Assembly: GCA_963716215.1 (NCBI GenBank)
Contig: OY970298.1
Location: 3,508,416-3,572,415, forward strand
DNA: 64,000 nucleotides
Source of the DNA: an uncultured Thermoleophilaceae bacterium
Lineage (GTDB): Bacteria; Actinomycetota; Thermoleophilia; Solirubrobacterales; Thermoleophilaceae
Reading direction: 5' to 3'
Below the pieces are notes generated by a model, which made no database searches, had not been told where the DNA came from, and was given only the letters and a program-made list of their open reading frames with translations. The translations under genes were made by a program, and so were the position numbers. This document shows positions 62,807-64,000 of the stretch, in pieces (positions within the stretch are counted from its first letter, which is position 1; every line of letters begins with the position of its first letter).

Positions 62807-62812
62807 TACTGT
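62807..62812 (+). promoter_or_regulatory. -10 box candidate TACTGT, 7 nt upstream of ATG 62820 (leaderless)
   Basis: TAnnnT hexamer in the 39-bp divergent intergenic region. Confidence 0.35.
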
Positions 62813-62819
62813 GGCGCCG

Positions 62820-64000
62820 ATGCGGAGGTGGCTCCTCGCCGTCGGCGCCACGGTCGTGATCTGCGGCCCGACCGCGATGGCTTTTTTCTCGGGTGGGTTC
62901 TTCGATCGGCCCCGACTGATCGCCGCGCTGGCGGTCTGGGTGCTGGTCGTTGTGGTGGGTCTCACCGCCGTCGTCCCGGTGCCGCGCTCCACCCCCAGCC
63001 GCGTCGCACTCGCGGCTCTGTTGCTGCTCTGCGCCTGGACCGCCGCGTCGGTCGCGTGGGCGCCAATCGGCGGACGCGCCCAGGACGACCTCCAGCGCCT
63101 GCTGCTCTACCTCGGCTTCTTCTTCTGCGCGCTGGCACTGCTGCGCGGCCCGGGGCCGCGGCGCTGGCTCGAGCCGGTGATGGTGCTGGGGGCGCTGGTG
63201 GCGGTGGGGTTCGCGCTCTCAGAGCGGCTACTCCCGGGCCTCGGGGACCTCGATCGCAGCCTGTCCGCCACGGGCCGCCTCGAGCAGCCGCTGTCGTACT
63301 GGAACGCCCTCGGGCTGTTCGCTGCCATGGGGCTGCTGCTGGCGATCCGGATCGCCGGCGACCCCGGGCGCGTGCGCGGCCTGCGCGCCGCCGCGGCCGC
63401 CGCCGGCGTGCCGCTCGGGCTCGGCGTCTATCTGACGTTTGCGCGTGGCGCTCTAGCGGCCGTGGCAGTCGGCGTCGTCGTCCTGCTCGCGCTGGCCCCC
63501 GCCGCCCGGGCGCAGTTGCGCAGCATCGTCGCCGTCCTCACCGCATCCGCGGCGGCGGCCTTCTTCGCCACCCGCTTCTCGGGCGTCAAGGAGCTCGACC
63601 TCCGCGAACAGGCAGATGCCGGCGACGGCGCTCTGATGCTGGTCATCCTGGTGCTGCTCGCGCTCGTCGCCGCCGCGATCGTCGCCTACCGGCCCCGGCG
63701 CCGGATCCCCCTGCCGAGCCTCCCGTTCTCCCGTCCCGCGGCCGTTCTCACGGTGGCGGGCGTGCTGTTCCTGGCCGGGGTCGTGGTCATCGCGGTCTTC
63801 GAGGGGACCCCGGAGGGCACCTCGCCGGCGCGGGGGGCCGACCCGGCGAGGCTGGGGTCGATCGACACCAACCGCTACCGCTACTGGGACGTCGCGCTCG
63901 AGACCTGGGCCGACCATCCCGTGATCGGGATCGGGTCCGGCGGCTTCATCGCCGAATGGCTCCAGGAGCGCGACCGCCTCGACACTTCTGGAGACGCTCA
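62820..64000 (+). CDS. O-antigen ligase/polymerase-like membrane protein, copy 2 (3' end outside window)
   Basis: Not in the ORF track because it runs off the window. My own translation from ATG 62820 is MRRWLLAVGATVVICGPTAMAFFSGGFFDRPRLIAALAVWVLVVVVG...LEQPLSYWNALGLFAAMGLLLAIRIAGDP...YLTFARGALAAV...GSIDTNRYRYWDVALETWADHPVIGIGSGGF..., colinear with copy 1. Confidence 0.8.
   Translation, partial: MRRWLLAVGATVVICGPTAMAFFSGGFFDRPRLIAALAVWVLVVVVGLTAVVPVPRSTPSRVALAALLLLCAWTAASVAWAPIGGRAQDDLQRLLLYLGFFFCALALLRGPGPRRWLEPVMVLGALVAVGFALSERLLPGLGDLDRSLSATGRLEQPLSYWNALGLFAAMGLLLAIRIAGDPGRVRGLRAAAAAAGVPLGLGVYLTFARGALAAVAVGVVVLLALAPAARAQLRSIVAVLTASAAAAFFATRFSGVKELDLREQADAGDGALMLVILVLLALVAAAIVAYRPRRRIPLPSLPFSRPAAVLTVAGVLFLAGVVVIAVFEGTPEGTSPARGADPARLGSIDTNRYRYWDVALETWADHPVIGIGSGGFIAEWLQERDRLDTSGDA

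Overview
A 64-kb, very GC-rich chromosomal segment (over 70% GC by eye, with strong GC3 bias and Ala/Arg/Gly/Leu-rich proteins). It looks actinobacterial; the taxon cannot be fixed without a database search. Coding density is about 95%. Most of the very long ORFs in the six-frame track are antisense or read-through shadows typical of high-GC DNA. I therefore called genes by family recognition, comparison of in-window paralogs, and start-site context. The left ~10 kb is housekeeping and cell-wall core. It holds a MerR-headed operon with two different S-adenosylhomocysteine hydrolases; a sugar-nucleotide operon (ugd, GDP-mannose-pyrophosphorylase-like, PGI/PMI); a decayed toxin-antitoxin remnant; an LCP glycopolymer ligase; an M20 peptidase; and Tag. 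From 10.4 kb to the right edge there is one uninterrupted ~54-kb envelope-glycan assembly supercluster arranged in about 18 short operons. It contains 6 ArnT/PMT-like GT-C genes (one disrupted), 3 paralogs of a ~650-aa GT-C-like family I do not recognise, 2 YfhO-family proteins, an AftD-like 1419-aa transferase, a further 530-aa polytopic protein and 2 O-antigen-ligase-like proteins. It also contains 3 MOP flippases (one fused to a GT4), 3 polyprenyl-phosphate-sugar-synthase-type GT2s, two GT4-GT2 fusions, 3 AT3 acyltransferases, 4 SAM methyltransferases, RfbF, and a divergent pair of membrane-embedded spermidine-synthase-fold proteins. The least explained part is 28.1-39.6 kb, which consists only of uncharacterised polytopic membrane proteins. 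Other notable points are a recurrent (C)TAnnnT -10 box 6-9 nt upstream of operon-head start codons (leaderless mRNAs), chains of GTGA/ATGA/TTGA start-stop overlaps, five apparent 1-nt frame disruptions in glycan genes, and a ~257-bp insertion flanked by a 24-bp duplication. I saw no rRNA, tRNA, CRISPR, transposase, integrase or phage genes. All family calls rest on motif recognition by eye; no searches were run.
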